A DNA stretch of 64,000 nucleotides from a virus. Shown here in pieces: positions 20,390 through 29,245 of the stretch (positions within the stretch are counted from its first letter, which is position 1; the number at the start of each line of letters is the position of its first letter). The stretch covers positions 47,203 through 111,202 of the IMG/VR virus record IMGVR_UViG_3300025072_002799; one strand, given 5' to 3'. Both the position numbers and the translations under genes were made by a program. The notes under the pieces were generated by a model. It was not told the origin of the DNA, made no database searches, and saw nothing but the letters and a program-made list of their open reading frames with translations.

Positions 20390-20494
20390 TATCTAATGTA
20401 GTTATTTATGCTTCATTCATAAAATAAACAGCGCACACATATGCCAAAATACATATATACTATGTTATTATGGCAATTAAAGAGGTGGTAGAAT

Positions 20495-21412
20495 ATGAAG
20501 AAATATAAAGAATGGACTCTAGGCGTTATTTCTATTTTAGGTCTTATTATTTTAAGCGTTGCATTTGCACCTGATGAAAACAAAATACTTTACAATCACC
20601 CTCTTGACAACATGCCAGTTGTTGACGGTCCTGTCTACAAAACAAACACTGTTGCCCCACAGGAAGATAGAGGAGAAGAATATCGCACATGGCTTGCAGC
20701 CAGTGTAAGAGTTAAGGTTGGCAAATTTTATGGCTCTGGAACAATCTGTTATTACGATGCAGAAAAAAAGGAAGCGTGGGTCATTTCATGTGGTCACTTA
20801 TGGAGTGGAACAAAAAATGCTGGCGCTTTAAATATGGGTACGGCAGAAATATCTGCTTGGTATCACAATGAAAAAAAGCTTGCTTTTCCAAAAAAGTATA
20901 AAGCGAAAGTAATCTTTTACAGTAACACAAAAGGATATGATGTATCGTTGCTGAAATTCACTCCAGATTGGGAACCCGAATATTTTACAATTGCTCAATC
21001 AGATTATAAAATTGAAGTCGGCAAAACATATCATTCTACAGGATGTGATTCAAGCAAAGAGGTCGCAAGATATGAAGTTGAAATTTTAACAGTTGGATCT
21101 CGACCTGGAGTTGACACAAGAGCAAAAAAAAATAGCCCACGACCTGGAAGATCAGGAGGGGGGCTACTTACAAATGATGGATATTACATTGGCACATGTT
21201 GGGGAACAACGGATAAAGTAAATGGAAACGGACAAGGAATATTCACATCAATACCTTCGATTAGGAAACATTTCAAAAGTCAGGGATATGAATGGTTATT
21301 GAATTTAACGCCACCTAATGGCGCTAGAACAATTCCTATAATAGACAGGAACAATCCTGGCGCAAGGTTTCCAATAGATTATATTCCATTTCCATTCAGG
21401 AATATGTTTTAG
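20495..21412 (+). CDS. Membrane-anchored/secreted trypsin-like (S1) serine protease
   Basis: N-terminal TM; SCGH (His), DVSLL (Asp), GRSGGG (Ser). Confidence 0.9.
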   Translation: MKKYKEWTLGVISILGLIILSVAFAPDENKILYNHPLDNMPVVDGPVYKTNTVAPQEDRGEEYRTWLAASVRVKVGKFYGSGTICYYDAEKKEAWVISCGHLWSGTKNAGALNMGTAEISAWYHNEKKLAFPKKYKAKVIFYSNTKGYDVSLLKFTPDWEPEYFTIAQSDYKIEVGKTYHSTGCDSSKEVARYEVEILTVGSRPGVDTRAKKNSPRPGRSGGGLLTNDGYYIGTCWGTTDKVNGNGQGIFTSIPSIRKHFKSQGYEWLLNLTPPNGARTIPIIDRNNPGARFPIDYIPFPFRNMF

Positions 21413-21636
21413 TCCCAGTTGTCGGTATCATCGCCGTGCCAATATATATCTTCGTCAAAATCGTCATCATCATCGTCGTCGTCGTTCCAATCGTCCTCTG
21501 ATTCATCGTCTAAATCGTCTTCGTCTTCATCTTCGTCATCTTCTAGATCCTCATCATCTTCCTCAATCCAATCATCGTCATCTGAGCAACGAATTGCACC
21601 TTTTTGCCAATTACCAAATTCTTCTTCATACTTCAT
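21409..21636 (-). CDS. Small extremely acidic protein
   Basis: 75 aa, more than half Asp/Glu with spaced Trp. Confidence 0.6.
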   Translation of the reverse strand: MKYEEEFGNWQKGAIRCSDDDDWIEEDDEDLEDDEDEDEDDLDDESEDDWNDDDDDDDDFDEDIYWHGDDTDNWD

Positions 21637-21689
21637 AGTTTTGTATCCTAAATATCACGAGACGCTAATTTTACATATAGGGAGTTTTT

Positions 21690-22115
21690 ATGAAAAATTT
21701 TTCAACAATTTTTATACTTTTTTTAGCCTTAACCGTATCAGGATGCGGCTTTGAATTCATTGCAGCGCCTATAATTAGCGGTGTAATCATGTGGTATGAG
21801 GGCGAAGCAAATAAATATTATAACTATGAGTCTGAGGTAATGTACAGGGCTGTTAAGAGAACTGCGGAAGAATTAAATTTCGAAATACATGAGAATAGAT
21901 CGCCTGATTCTGATGGAGATTCTTATGTTGCTGTAGGAGAAAATGACAGATTCAAGATAACAATTAGTAAAATTGAATCAAACATAACACTTGTTGCAAT
22001 TAGAATAAATTTTATGGGTGACAAACCTTATGCAGAGTTGTTTTACGAAAGATTAGACAATCAGGTTAATACTATTGCATTCGAAAATGGAGTTCCAGTT
22101 GCTAATAAACATTAA
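21690..22115 (+). CDS. Lipoprotein (DUF3568-like)
   Basis: Signal peptide with lipobox VSGC; IRINFMGD motif. Confidence 0.7.
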   Translation: MKNFSTIFILFLALTVSGCGFEFIAAPIISGVIMWYEGEANKYYNYESEVMYRAVKRTAEELNFEIHENRSPDSDGDSYVAVGENDRFKITISKIESNITLVAIRINFMGDKPYAELFYERLDNQVNTIAFENGVPVANKH

Positions 22116-22121
22116 TGTTTA

Positions 22122-22292
22122 TTAGCAACCTCTGATTCTAGCATTGCAGCAAGACTTGATTGTTTTGCCACAACAAGATTTAATGCTAATAGAACATCCT
22201 CGTTTAACTGGGGATGAATCAGTTTCTTCTTTTTCGTCTGTCTTTCCGCAACAACCAGTGTTGTTTGCTGATTTGTATTCTCCCTCAGACAT
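22122..22292 (-). CDS. Small Cys-rich peptide
   Basis: MSEGEY...GCCGK...SCCGK..SCC...GC; purine-rich SD-like sequence before ATG 22292. Confidence 0.5.
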   Translation of the reverse strand: MSEGEYKSANNTGCCGKTDEKEETDSSPVKRGCSISIKSCCGKTIKSCCNARIRGC

Positions 22293-22327
22293 CCCTTTTC
22301 CAACGCCAGTAATTGATGTTGCACCCA

Positions 22328-23773
22328 TTAGTGTCCTCCGCAATTGCAAACAATTAAATTTCTGTTTATTTTATTTTCTACAATCTCAAACATTGAATCT
22401 TCGCCATTAACTAGATCATGCTGAGATATGAAGTTTAAGCAGTTTGATGCATCACTGACAATTTCTCTGTCTGAACTTTGCAAGTGATGAATTAATTGTC
22501 CATTCTCGTCAACATCATAATAAATGTCTCCAGCCACTTCTATTTCACAATCATATAAAGGATTATGAACCATGGCTGATATTCCCAACTTGTCGGACAA
22601 CCTAATTGTTGTGTTTCTCTGACATCTAACGATCTTTCCATGCTCGCCTTCAATAACATCTGTTCCTTGAGCAAGAAGGTATTCCATTTTTTGTCCATCT
22701 ATTTTTTTTGCCAACATCTTTATTTGTGGGCGTAAAATTTTTCTTTTTATAAACACACCCTGCAATATATTTTTGTGTTCCCCGCCTTCGATACGAGAAA
22801 CTGAAACCATCGCATTTGCAATTGCATTATAAAATTTTGTAGTTCTTGGAGCAACTTTTAACCCCTCTACAACATACCCATATGCTGCACTTACGGCAAC
22901 TTTCATGGCTTCCTTTTGCGACATTCTTTTTGACTCAAATTCATAAATCCCTACCATAATGTCGTACCACGCCGCAACAAACAATCTTCCGAAGTTATGG
23001 CATTCGCCACCAAGCTTGTCTTGTCCAGGGTTATGTGGCAACTTGTGTGGAGGTGCATAAGTGAAATTGTTGATTGCATTTCGCAACGCTCCTGGCTTGA
23101 AGCCCCTTCTGGAATATGCTATAGCATTTCCCATTTCTTCTGCGATTCTAGATATGACATTGTGTTTTCTCAAATCTCCTTTAGTTTCTTTAAGAGCATG
23201 TTCTAGAACGCCATCATAAAGCATGACGGTTGCAATCGCATTAATATCTCCAAATGCTTCGTGGAATGCCCATATTTCACTTGCTTGCACGTTCCAAAAA
23301 TCGGGGCGCATTGAATCCAATAAAGCGTGACCCAATTCATGTGCAACAACATCAACTGAATCTGCCGTAAACACATCTTTCCCATTGACTTTCTTATGAA
23401 AGAATTTCAAGTTTTTTCGATCATAAAATGCATTCAATTGCTTTCCTGCGGTTGGGTGAACTTTAAGCAGTTTGGTTGCTGCCCATTTTTTAGTTTTTTC
23501 TCTATAGCTAGAAAAATGATCAATAGAGTTTACCATTGTTGCGTAAACATTCGCCGCTCTACCATGCGAAGTTCCAGCCTCTAGGTGCTTCGGATTGAAT
23601 CCATTAACTTTGAAATTTAGTATATTTGGCTTCTTTGGAACTGGAATTTCAACCGTTAGTCCTGGGGTTGTTGGGTCATTTAATTGATAATTAATCATAT
23701 CTTTGTTGACATGAGCCGCAACATCTGTCTTGTTTTCGCAACAAGAGAACATATTTTTAAAAATTTCTAGCAT
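22328..23773 (-). CDS. Gluzincin metalloprotease (M4/M36-like)
   Basis: NAFYD, DVVAHELGH, HEAFGD, ECHNFG. Confidence 0.88.
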   Translation of the reverse strand: MLEIFKNMFSCCENKTDVAAHVNKDMINYQLNDPTTPGLTVEIPVPKKPNILNFKVNGFNPKHLEAGTSHGRAANVYATMVNSIDHFSSYREKTKKWAATKLLKVHPTAGKQLNAFYDRKNLKFFHKKVNGKDVFTADSVDVVAHELGHALLDSMRPDFWNVQASEIWAFHEAFGDINAIATVMLYDGVLEHALKETKGDLRKHNVISRIAEEMGNAIAYSRRGFKPGALRNAINNFTYAPPHKLPHNPGQDKLGGECHNFGRLFVAAWYDIMVGIYEFESKRMSQKEAMKVAVSAAYGYVVEGLKVAPRTTKFYNAIANAMVSVSRIEGGEHKNILQGVFIKRKILRPQIKMLAKKIDGQKMEYLLAQGTDVIEGEHGKIVRCQRNTTIRLSDKLGISAMVHNPLYDCEIEVAGDIYYDVDENGQLIHHLQSSDREIVSDASNCLNFISQHDLVNGEDSMFEIVENKINRNLIVCNCGGH

Positions 23774-23818
23774 AATTACCTCGATAAGTGATCTATTTTA
23801 TATGTAGGGGTAATAAGA

Positions 23819-24340
23819 GTGTTTGAGTGGCTTAGAGTCAGAAGAAAAAAACAAATCAATTCAATAGGTCGTGCTAAGAATGAGTTTGAGAGAGAGATAG
23901 AAAATCTAATAGGCAAAAAAGAATACGATGAATTCAAAAAATTTGCCTTCAAAAAAAGCATGACAGAGATGGCAATTGCCTTCATGTTAGGCGCTGCTTT
24001 TAAGAAGCTGATAACTTCTCTCTCCGACAACTTGGTAATGCCCCTTGTGAATTTTATAATCGCCGCAACTGGAGAAGATTGGAGATTATGGGAGTTTGCT
24101 CCAATAGAAGGTCTGACATTTGAGACAGGGCAGTTTTTAGGATCTTTTGTTGATTTCATTCTTTTATCAATAATTCTATATTTACTTTATAGAAAATTTA
24201 TCGCCCCAATATTGGCAGAGGAAGAGAAAAACGAAATAACTGTAGTGGACACAATTGAATGTCCCAACTGTTACGAGAGAGTTTTCTACAAATCAAAAGT
24301 ATGCAAATTTTGCACTAGAGAAATCAAGTTGTTTGATTAG
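23819..24340 (+). CDS. mscL: MscL-like mechanosensitive channel with C-terminal zinc ribbon
   Basis: EFKKFAF..MAIAFMLGAAFKKLITSLSDNLVMPL, GQFLGSFVDF, CPNC...CKFC. Confidence 0.85.
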   Translation: MFEWLRVRRKKQINSIGRAKNEFEREIENLIGKKEYDEFKKFAFKKSMTEMAIAFMLGAAFKKLITSLSDNLVMPLVNFIIAATGEDWRLWEFAPIEGLTFETGQFLGSFVDFILLSIILYLLYRKFIAPILAEEEKNEITVVDTIECPNCYERVFYKSKVCKFCTREIKLFD

Positions 24341-24348
24341 GTAATAAT

Positions 24349-24906
24349 ATGAGTCAGTACGAAGAACAAATACGTAAGGAAAGGACTTTTGAGGCCATTA
24401 GAAAGAATTTAATGGGCAAAAGTGGCAAAGTAAGTGCCATCGCAATGATTATGGGATCTCCGATGATTGCAGATGGAGGATCTGACATGACGTTTATGGA
24501 TAAGCCTTGGGAGGACATGGACGACAATGCCATCCCATACTTTGGGGATTCATCGTCTTATTTAAGAGGATGGATATGGGATGGACTAAGAGAAGGAATT
24601 CACATGGAGATAAAAGTGGACGGATATTGCGATGAATTTGACCGACCAGACAAATTCATACTAAGCGAAATAAAAGTATCATTTGAGGGATACCCTGTAT
24701 ATCACGAAAGTAGTGGAACGCTACAACTCTACACGCCTAAGCATCCCATAGTTGGATTGTGGGAAGGAAATATTGATCGACTTTATGAAAGGGCTTTGAC
24801 AATGCGAAAAAGAAATGTCAAACTTAGCGAAACTGAAGAGAAGGCGAAAGAAAAAAGTTTCGCTGCCAAGATGTTGGAAAAGCTTACAATGAAGTGGGGC
24901 GATTAA
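24349..24906 (+). CDS. Hypothetical protein
   Basis: 185-aa ORF followed by a bidirectional terminator. Confidence 0.7.
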   Translation: MSQYEEQIRKERTFEAIRKNLMGKSGKVSAIAMIMGSPMIADGGSDMTFMDKPWEDMDDNAIPYFGDSSSYLRGWIWDGLREGIHMEIKVDGYCDEFDRPDKFILSEIKVSFEGYPVYHESSGTLQLYTPKHPIVGLWEGNIDRLYERALTMRKRNVKLSETEEKAKEKSFAAKMLEKLTMKWGD

Positions 24907-24935
24907 AAAACCCTATTGTTTCCAATAGGGTTTTT
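24906..24935. terminator. Bidirectional intrinsic terminator
   Basis: aaaaaccctattg-tttc-caatagggttttt between convergent genes. Confidence 0.85.
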
Positions 24936-25034
24936 GCATCAAATATCTGCTTTTCTTAAAGTGTGTGACTTTTGCAGATTTACTTACATAGACGATAAAT
25001 TTATCAAAGTTGTGAAGTTTATATTCTCCCCAAT

Positions 25035-25562
25035 CTAGATACACATCCAAACAAATATCGCTGCTTCTACGACAATCAGTACGGCCAATGTCCATGTGAA
25101 CCACTTGCCTCCACCTGTGGAATTGTCTTGTGTTGCACAATGTTGTGCTATTTTAGCCTGTGGTCTAACCCTAGTATCGTTGTTTGCATTGTTTGCATTG
25201 ATTGCATGCATCAATTCTTCTCTGGTTACACAATTGCAGTCAGAAGACTTGGCTTCTTCTACGATTGGCTTGCTGTTAATGTGTTCAACCATTTTCATCC
25301 TTGAATCCATTGGGTCAACGGATTCAACTCTGCGGTCTACTACATTGCCGCTTTCATCTACTACGTCAATTGTTCTTTCGTAGACTTCTGCACGATAATG
25401 CTCAGTAACGACTTCTTCCAACTTCAAGTCACTTTTTGGCTCAATGTATAGTTTGGTAACTACAGTTTTGTTGCCTTTGTCGTCCAATGAAGTGGTTACG
25501 TGTCTCTCGCCACAACGATCATCTTCGGTCTTTATTTTTTTAATATGTCCATTATCTGTCAT
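25035..25562 (-). CDS. Hypothetical protein with C-terminal TM anchor
   Basis: 175 aa ending WFTWTLAVLIVVEAAIFVWMCI; AGGAG SD. Confidence 0.7.
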   Translation of the reverse strand: MTDNGHIKKIKTEDDRCGERHVTTSLDDKGNKTVVTKLYIEPKSDLKLEEVVTEHYRAEVYERTIDVVDESGNVVDRRVESVDPMDSRMKMVEHINSKPIVEEAKSSDCNCVTREELMHAINANNANNDTRVRPQAKIAQHCATQDNSTGGGKWFTWTLAVLIVVEAAIFVWMCI

Positions 25563-25639
25563 AATTGCTCCCTATGTTTAGAAGTCCAGTCTTCTATTAT
25601 ATATGGAAAACAATTATTTTAAATAAAGGTTTCAGAAAC

Positions 25640-26548
25640 TTATGGAGTGACTAAATCGCCACTTGCTAGTGTGTATGGTATTTCTGTAGTTTGGTCTGGA
25701 AACGTGTTTGTGCTTGTGTAGGTGTTTGTTGTCTTGCGAGCCAAGTCACCAACGCCAGCCCCAGCCTGATATTCAATGATCTCTGTGATTCTGTCGCTTC
25801 CATCAACCGTTATTTTCTTGAATGTATATAAGCCAGATCTTCCATTCAATAATTGGTAATCGGCTTGCACCGTGGTAGAATCAAGTCCCAACGAAGATCC
25901 ATTTTTGTCTGTCGCCTCATCAACTACATCATCATCTACGTTTGAATTGGAATTATCTAATCCAATTATTAAAGAGGCACAGTCTGTGTACTCAAACCTA
26001 TCGTTTGTCAACACAAGTTCGCCATCAGATGAATTATATGCGCCGATTCTATGACGATCAAAATATGTTGGAATCTCTTTGACGCCAGCACGAGCATTGA
26101 ATTTGAGCAATGTTTCTGCTTTACCATTGTGAATAAAGAACTTAATCTTGGTTGAATCAAGATCAGTCGTTATCATCAGACGATCTACTCCATTGTTGAA
26201 TTTAGCGACAGAAGCGGTGAAGTAGCTCGCAAATACCGAGTCTGCGTTTAGGTCAGTAACAATTTCACGAACCGTAACAGCAGAGCTTGACGATGGGGTT
26301 ATTGTAACCGTATGTGTAGCCCATCTTTGGAACTCAGCATCAATAGCCCAACTATAGGTTAGATCTAACTCGCTGTTGCTGTCGCCATCATTGCCACTCA
26401 TGTCATATGGCCCTTCAGCATATGATACAACAATAGTCTCACTACGACCAGTGTTTGGTGGTACATCGAAAACTAAACTCTGGCTTCTGTCGCCAAGAAC
26501 CCAGTTTCCTCTAAATTCTACGCTGAATGGATTTTGAAAGAAGGTCAT
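25640..26548 (-). CDS. Probable virion structural protein
   Basis: 302 aa, S/T/D-rich beta composition. Confidence 0.6.
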   Translation of the reverse strand: MTFFQNPFSVEFRGNWVLGDRSQSLVFDVPPNTGRSETIVVSYAEGPYDMSGNDGDSNSELDLTYSWAIDAEFQRWATHTVTITPSSSSAVTVREIVTDLNADSVFASYFTASVAKFNNGVDRLMITTDLDSTKIKFFIHNGKAETLLKFNARAGVKEIPTYFDRHRIGAYNSSDGELVLTNDRFEYTDCASLIIGLDNSNSNVDDDVVDEATDKNGSSLGLDSTTVQADYQLLNGRSGLYTFKKITVDGSDRITEIIEYQAGAGVGDLARKTTNTYTSTNTFPDQTTEIPYTLASGDLVTP

Positions 26549-26584
26549 ATTTCCTCACTGAACCGTTAAAACTTGATCTTGTAT

Positions 26585-27247
26585 TTAGTCTTTTTTAGGC
26601 AATTTAGGAGGAGGCAGTTCATAAAACTGTATATCGCCAGGGATTTTATAGTTATAACTCCCACTTCCTTGCCCTTGCCCATCGCCTTTTCCGTCGCCTT
26701 TGCCCTCTCCATCGCCATCTCCATCGCCATCTCCTTCTCCTTCCATGCCACCATCTTTGCCACGCTTGCCATAAAATTTCTTGCCCTTAGCAATTCCTTT
26801 CTTCAACTTATTTATTTGCTCTCTAGCCTCTTTGGAATAAGGGAGTTTATGCAATCTTGGCTCATTTCTTGATTTGGGAGAAAAATTAATTAGATATTTT
26901 TCTAGAAAAGAGTCTTCTTCATAAGACTCGTCTGGAGTTTCATCGTCTTTGTCTTTTTCAATCTTTATTTCCTTGACCCAAACATAAACCGCTCCTGGCG
27001 TTCCATTTCTCTTATTTGGCTCTTTAACTTCTGCCCAATAAATTCTAAATGTTTGGGGAAGAGGACTATCTGAAGGCCACCCAAACAAATTGCCAACCGA
27101 GTTAAATACGGCGAAACTAAAATATAGAGAAAGAACAATGAATGCACACTTCAACCACCACCATCCCCTTGCGCCAATGATTAGCCATAAAGCCATTACC
27201 ACCAAAACTACAAAAGAAAGCGGTATTCCAACTGTATCAAAATTCAT
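26585..27247 (-). CDS. Membrane protein (2 TM, GD-rich linker) co-encoded with the ExbB/ExbD-like pair
   Basis: Two N-terminal TMs, GWP motif, GEGDGDG repeats. Confidence 0.7.
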   Translation of the reverse strand: MNFDTVGIPLSFVVLVVMALWLIIGARGWWWLKCAFIVLSLYFSFAVFNSVGNLFGWPSDSPLPQTFRIYWAEVKEPNKRNGTPGAVYVWVKEIKIEKDKDDETPDESYEEDSFLEKYLINFSPKSRNEPRLHKLPYSKEAREQINKLKKGIAKGKKFYGKRGKDGGMEGEGDGDGDGDGEGKGDGKGDGQGQGSGSYNYKIPGDIQFYELPPPKLPKKD

Positions 27248-27251
27248 CTTA

Positions 27252-27947
27252 CTATCCTTCTAAATTGTTGTATTCTTCATATTCTTCACTTTCTTCACTT
27301 TCTTCACCCTCTTCAATTGATGGCGGCTCTATACCTCCGTCGAAGTCTTCGCCATTGTTCTGAGATCGTTGTATTATATTTTTGGGATCTTCATTCACAT
27401 CAGTTATATTCCCATCTTTATCTACACTAAAACGAAACGCAGTTCTTGAATCACCATTTTTGGCTAAAGTAACAGTCCTAGATGCAATCAAAGACAGGCT
27501 TGGATTTATTTTCTCCGCGATTATTGTGACCTCCACCGGCCTCTTGTCACGCTTGGTGTAGGCATGAACGTTGACGACATACTCTCCAGGGACGACTCCA
27601 CGTAATGTTATTATTTCCCTGTTCTCTTTATATTCAACTACGGTTCCATGAGGAGTATAGACCCTATCATTCCTGTTTCCTAAATCATCTCTATCCAAGT
27701 GCATTAGACCAGCTTCTCTACTATTGAAGTAAACAATTTCGCCATTTGGATCTTCCATGTAAATATCAATGTCATCATTGAATTCAACTGGCCATGTCAT
27801 GCTGATTATGAAATCGGCAAATACATTGACTTTTTTATCATCCTCAGATGGATTGATGAGCAAAAAGGAAATTAAAAATAACGCCCCAAACACCAATATA
27901 GTTCCAAACAAAAGATCAATTAGGGGCGTATTATTTTGATTATTCAT
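27252..27947 (-). CDS. ExbD/TolR-like TM helix fused to a YfaP-like periplasmic domain
   Basis: TPLIDLL helix with the conserved Asp; DIDIYMEDP, LDRDD, NREII, GEYVVNVHAY. Confidence 0.75.
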   Translation of the reverse strand: MNNQNNTPLIDLLFGTILVFGALFLISFLLINPSEDDKKVNVFADFIISMTWPVEFNDDIDIYMEDPNGEIVYFNSREAGLMHLDRDDLGNRNDRVYTPHGTVVEYKENREIITLRGVVPGEYVVNVHAYTKRDKRPVEVTIIAEKINPSLSLIASRTVTLAKNGDSRTAFRFSVDKDGNITDVNEDPKNIIQRSQNNGEDFDGGIEPPSIEEGEESEESEEYEEYNNLEG

Positions 27948-27950
27948 GAA

Positions 27951-28463
27951 TTAAATATCTTTGTTTAATGACTTGTGTGTTTTGATAGATTGTCCCAAGA
28001 TGAAATATTGTAGTTGCAACAACATTCCACAAATTAGACCACTTGCAGTCGTATAAAATGCGGTAGAAGCACCAAGCCCAATTGTTTGCAACAAATTGAT
28101 TTTGGCTTCTGCCGTAGTCAAATCCATTTCATCAAAAGATGAGAACATGATGGTAAGTCCAATGATGGTTCCTAACATTCCCAACTGGAAAAAGGCACCA
28201 CACACAAAATTGCCCACCTCCTCCAGCCTCTCAAATTTAACTACCATCTCATCTTCAATATAAATGTCTTGTCTTCCCCACACCCAAACTTTCCATCCAC
28301 ACCAAGTTGTCATAAGACCAAATATTGCTGCAATTGCAAAGCTTATTTTAGTGGCATCTTTTTCCCAAACAATTTCTGCCAATCCAGACTGCCAAAAAGC
28401 AATTGCACCAATCGAAATAAGTACAACTAACAACCACCATTTTAAAAATAAAGCGTATTTCAT
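27951..28463 (-). CDS. MotA/TolQ/ExbB proton-channel family protein
   Basis: LGMLGTIIGL...STAFYTTASGL; 4 TM; likely start MKYALF. Confidence 0.85.
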   Translation of the reverse strand: MKYALFLKWWLLVVLISIGAIAFWQSGLAEIVWEKDATKISFAIAAIFGLMTTWCGWKVWVWGRQDIYIEDEMVVKFERLEEVGNFVCGAFFQLGMLGTIIGLTIMFSSFDEMDLTTAEAKINLLQTIGLGASTAFYTTASGLICGMLLQLQYFILGQSIKTHKSLNKDI

Positions 28464-28478
28464 AAGTTTTCTCCAAAA

Positions 28479-28508
28479 AAAAAGCCTGCCCAATAGTGGG
28501 CAGGCTTT
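28479..28508 (-). terminator. Intrinsic terminator
   Basis: aaagcctgccca-atag-tgggcaggcttt with a poly-A flank on +. Confidence 0.8.
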
Positions 28509-28532
28509 ACGTAAATGACTGGTAGGGGGTGA

Positions 28533-28852
28533 CTATACGCCGCTCACTACAAGGTCTATCAGTCCACTACGAGTTAATGTAGTATTGGCATTACGATTTT
28601 GTCGCTTGGATCTAGATTTGTTGTCCATGCGAAGTTCACCGTAGGTGGCAATATTTTCTCTTGAGAAAGACCGAATTGGTGCATTCTCTGCTTTCAAGAC
28701 TTTCGATCCACTACGCAATTCATATCCCTTAATGATCTTAGATGTTTGTTCAACAACTAAAACAGTTCTACGAATTGGATGGCTGTGATTGCCTTTGTAA
28801 TAAAATCTTGCGACTGGAAGATTTCTAACAGGGTTGTAACGAAGGTTCGTCA
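28533..28852 (-). CDS. WYL-domain-like protein
   Basis: FYYKG...RRTVLV...GYELR...IRSFSRENI. Confidence 0.6.
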
Positions 28853-28935
28853 TTTTTAATGTCTCCACGTTTAATAAAGGTTGTTTTTGTTACTCTTTCA
28901 ATTATCTACATTTTCTAATCGAAAGCAATATCAAT

Positions 28936-29241
28936 TTATTGAATTTCATCATTTTTTTCTACTTCATAAAATAATGTTTCACCATCATCTGAAACATTCA
29001 ACTTAATCCGTCCAGCTAATACGCCTTGCAGTAGCAGGTGATTTGTTCTAGCCATAGTTGCCCATTTGACAACAGAGCAAACATCTTCTGCGCTAATATC
29101 TTTAGGCATTTCATCTTTGTCTAAGATGGCAGCAGTTATTACTTTTTCAATTTCTTCGTCACTTAAAGCAACGTATTTATTTTCGTCTTCATTCCAGTAC
29201 AAATCGTCTATTTTTAAGCATTCGTTAATCATTTTCCACAC
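28936..29241 (-). CDS. Hypothetical protein
   Basis: 101-aa ORF. Confidence 0.6.
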   Translation of the reverse strand: MWKMINECLKIDDLYWNEDENKYVALSDEEIEKVITAAILDKDEMPKDISAEDVCSVVKWATMARTNHLLLQGVLAGRIKLNVSDDGETLFYEVEKNDEIQ

Positions 29242-29245
29242 CTAT

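Noticed and set aside
21419-21754. Poly-Ser ORF (and poly-Leu ORF 17627..17884)
   Set aside because: Antisense shadows of the poly-D/E and poly-Q genes
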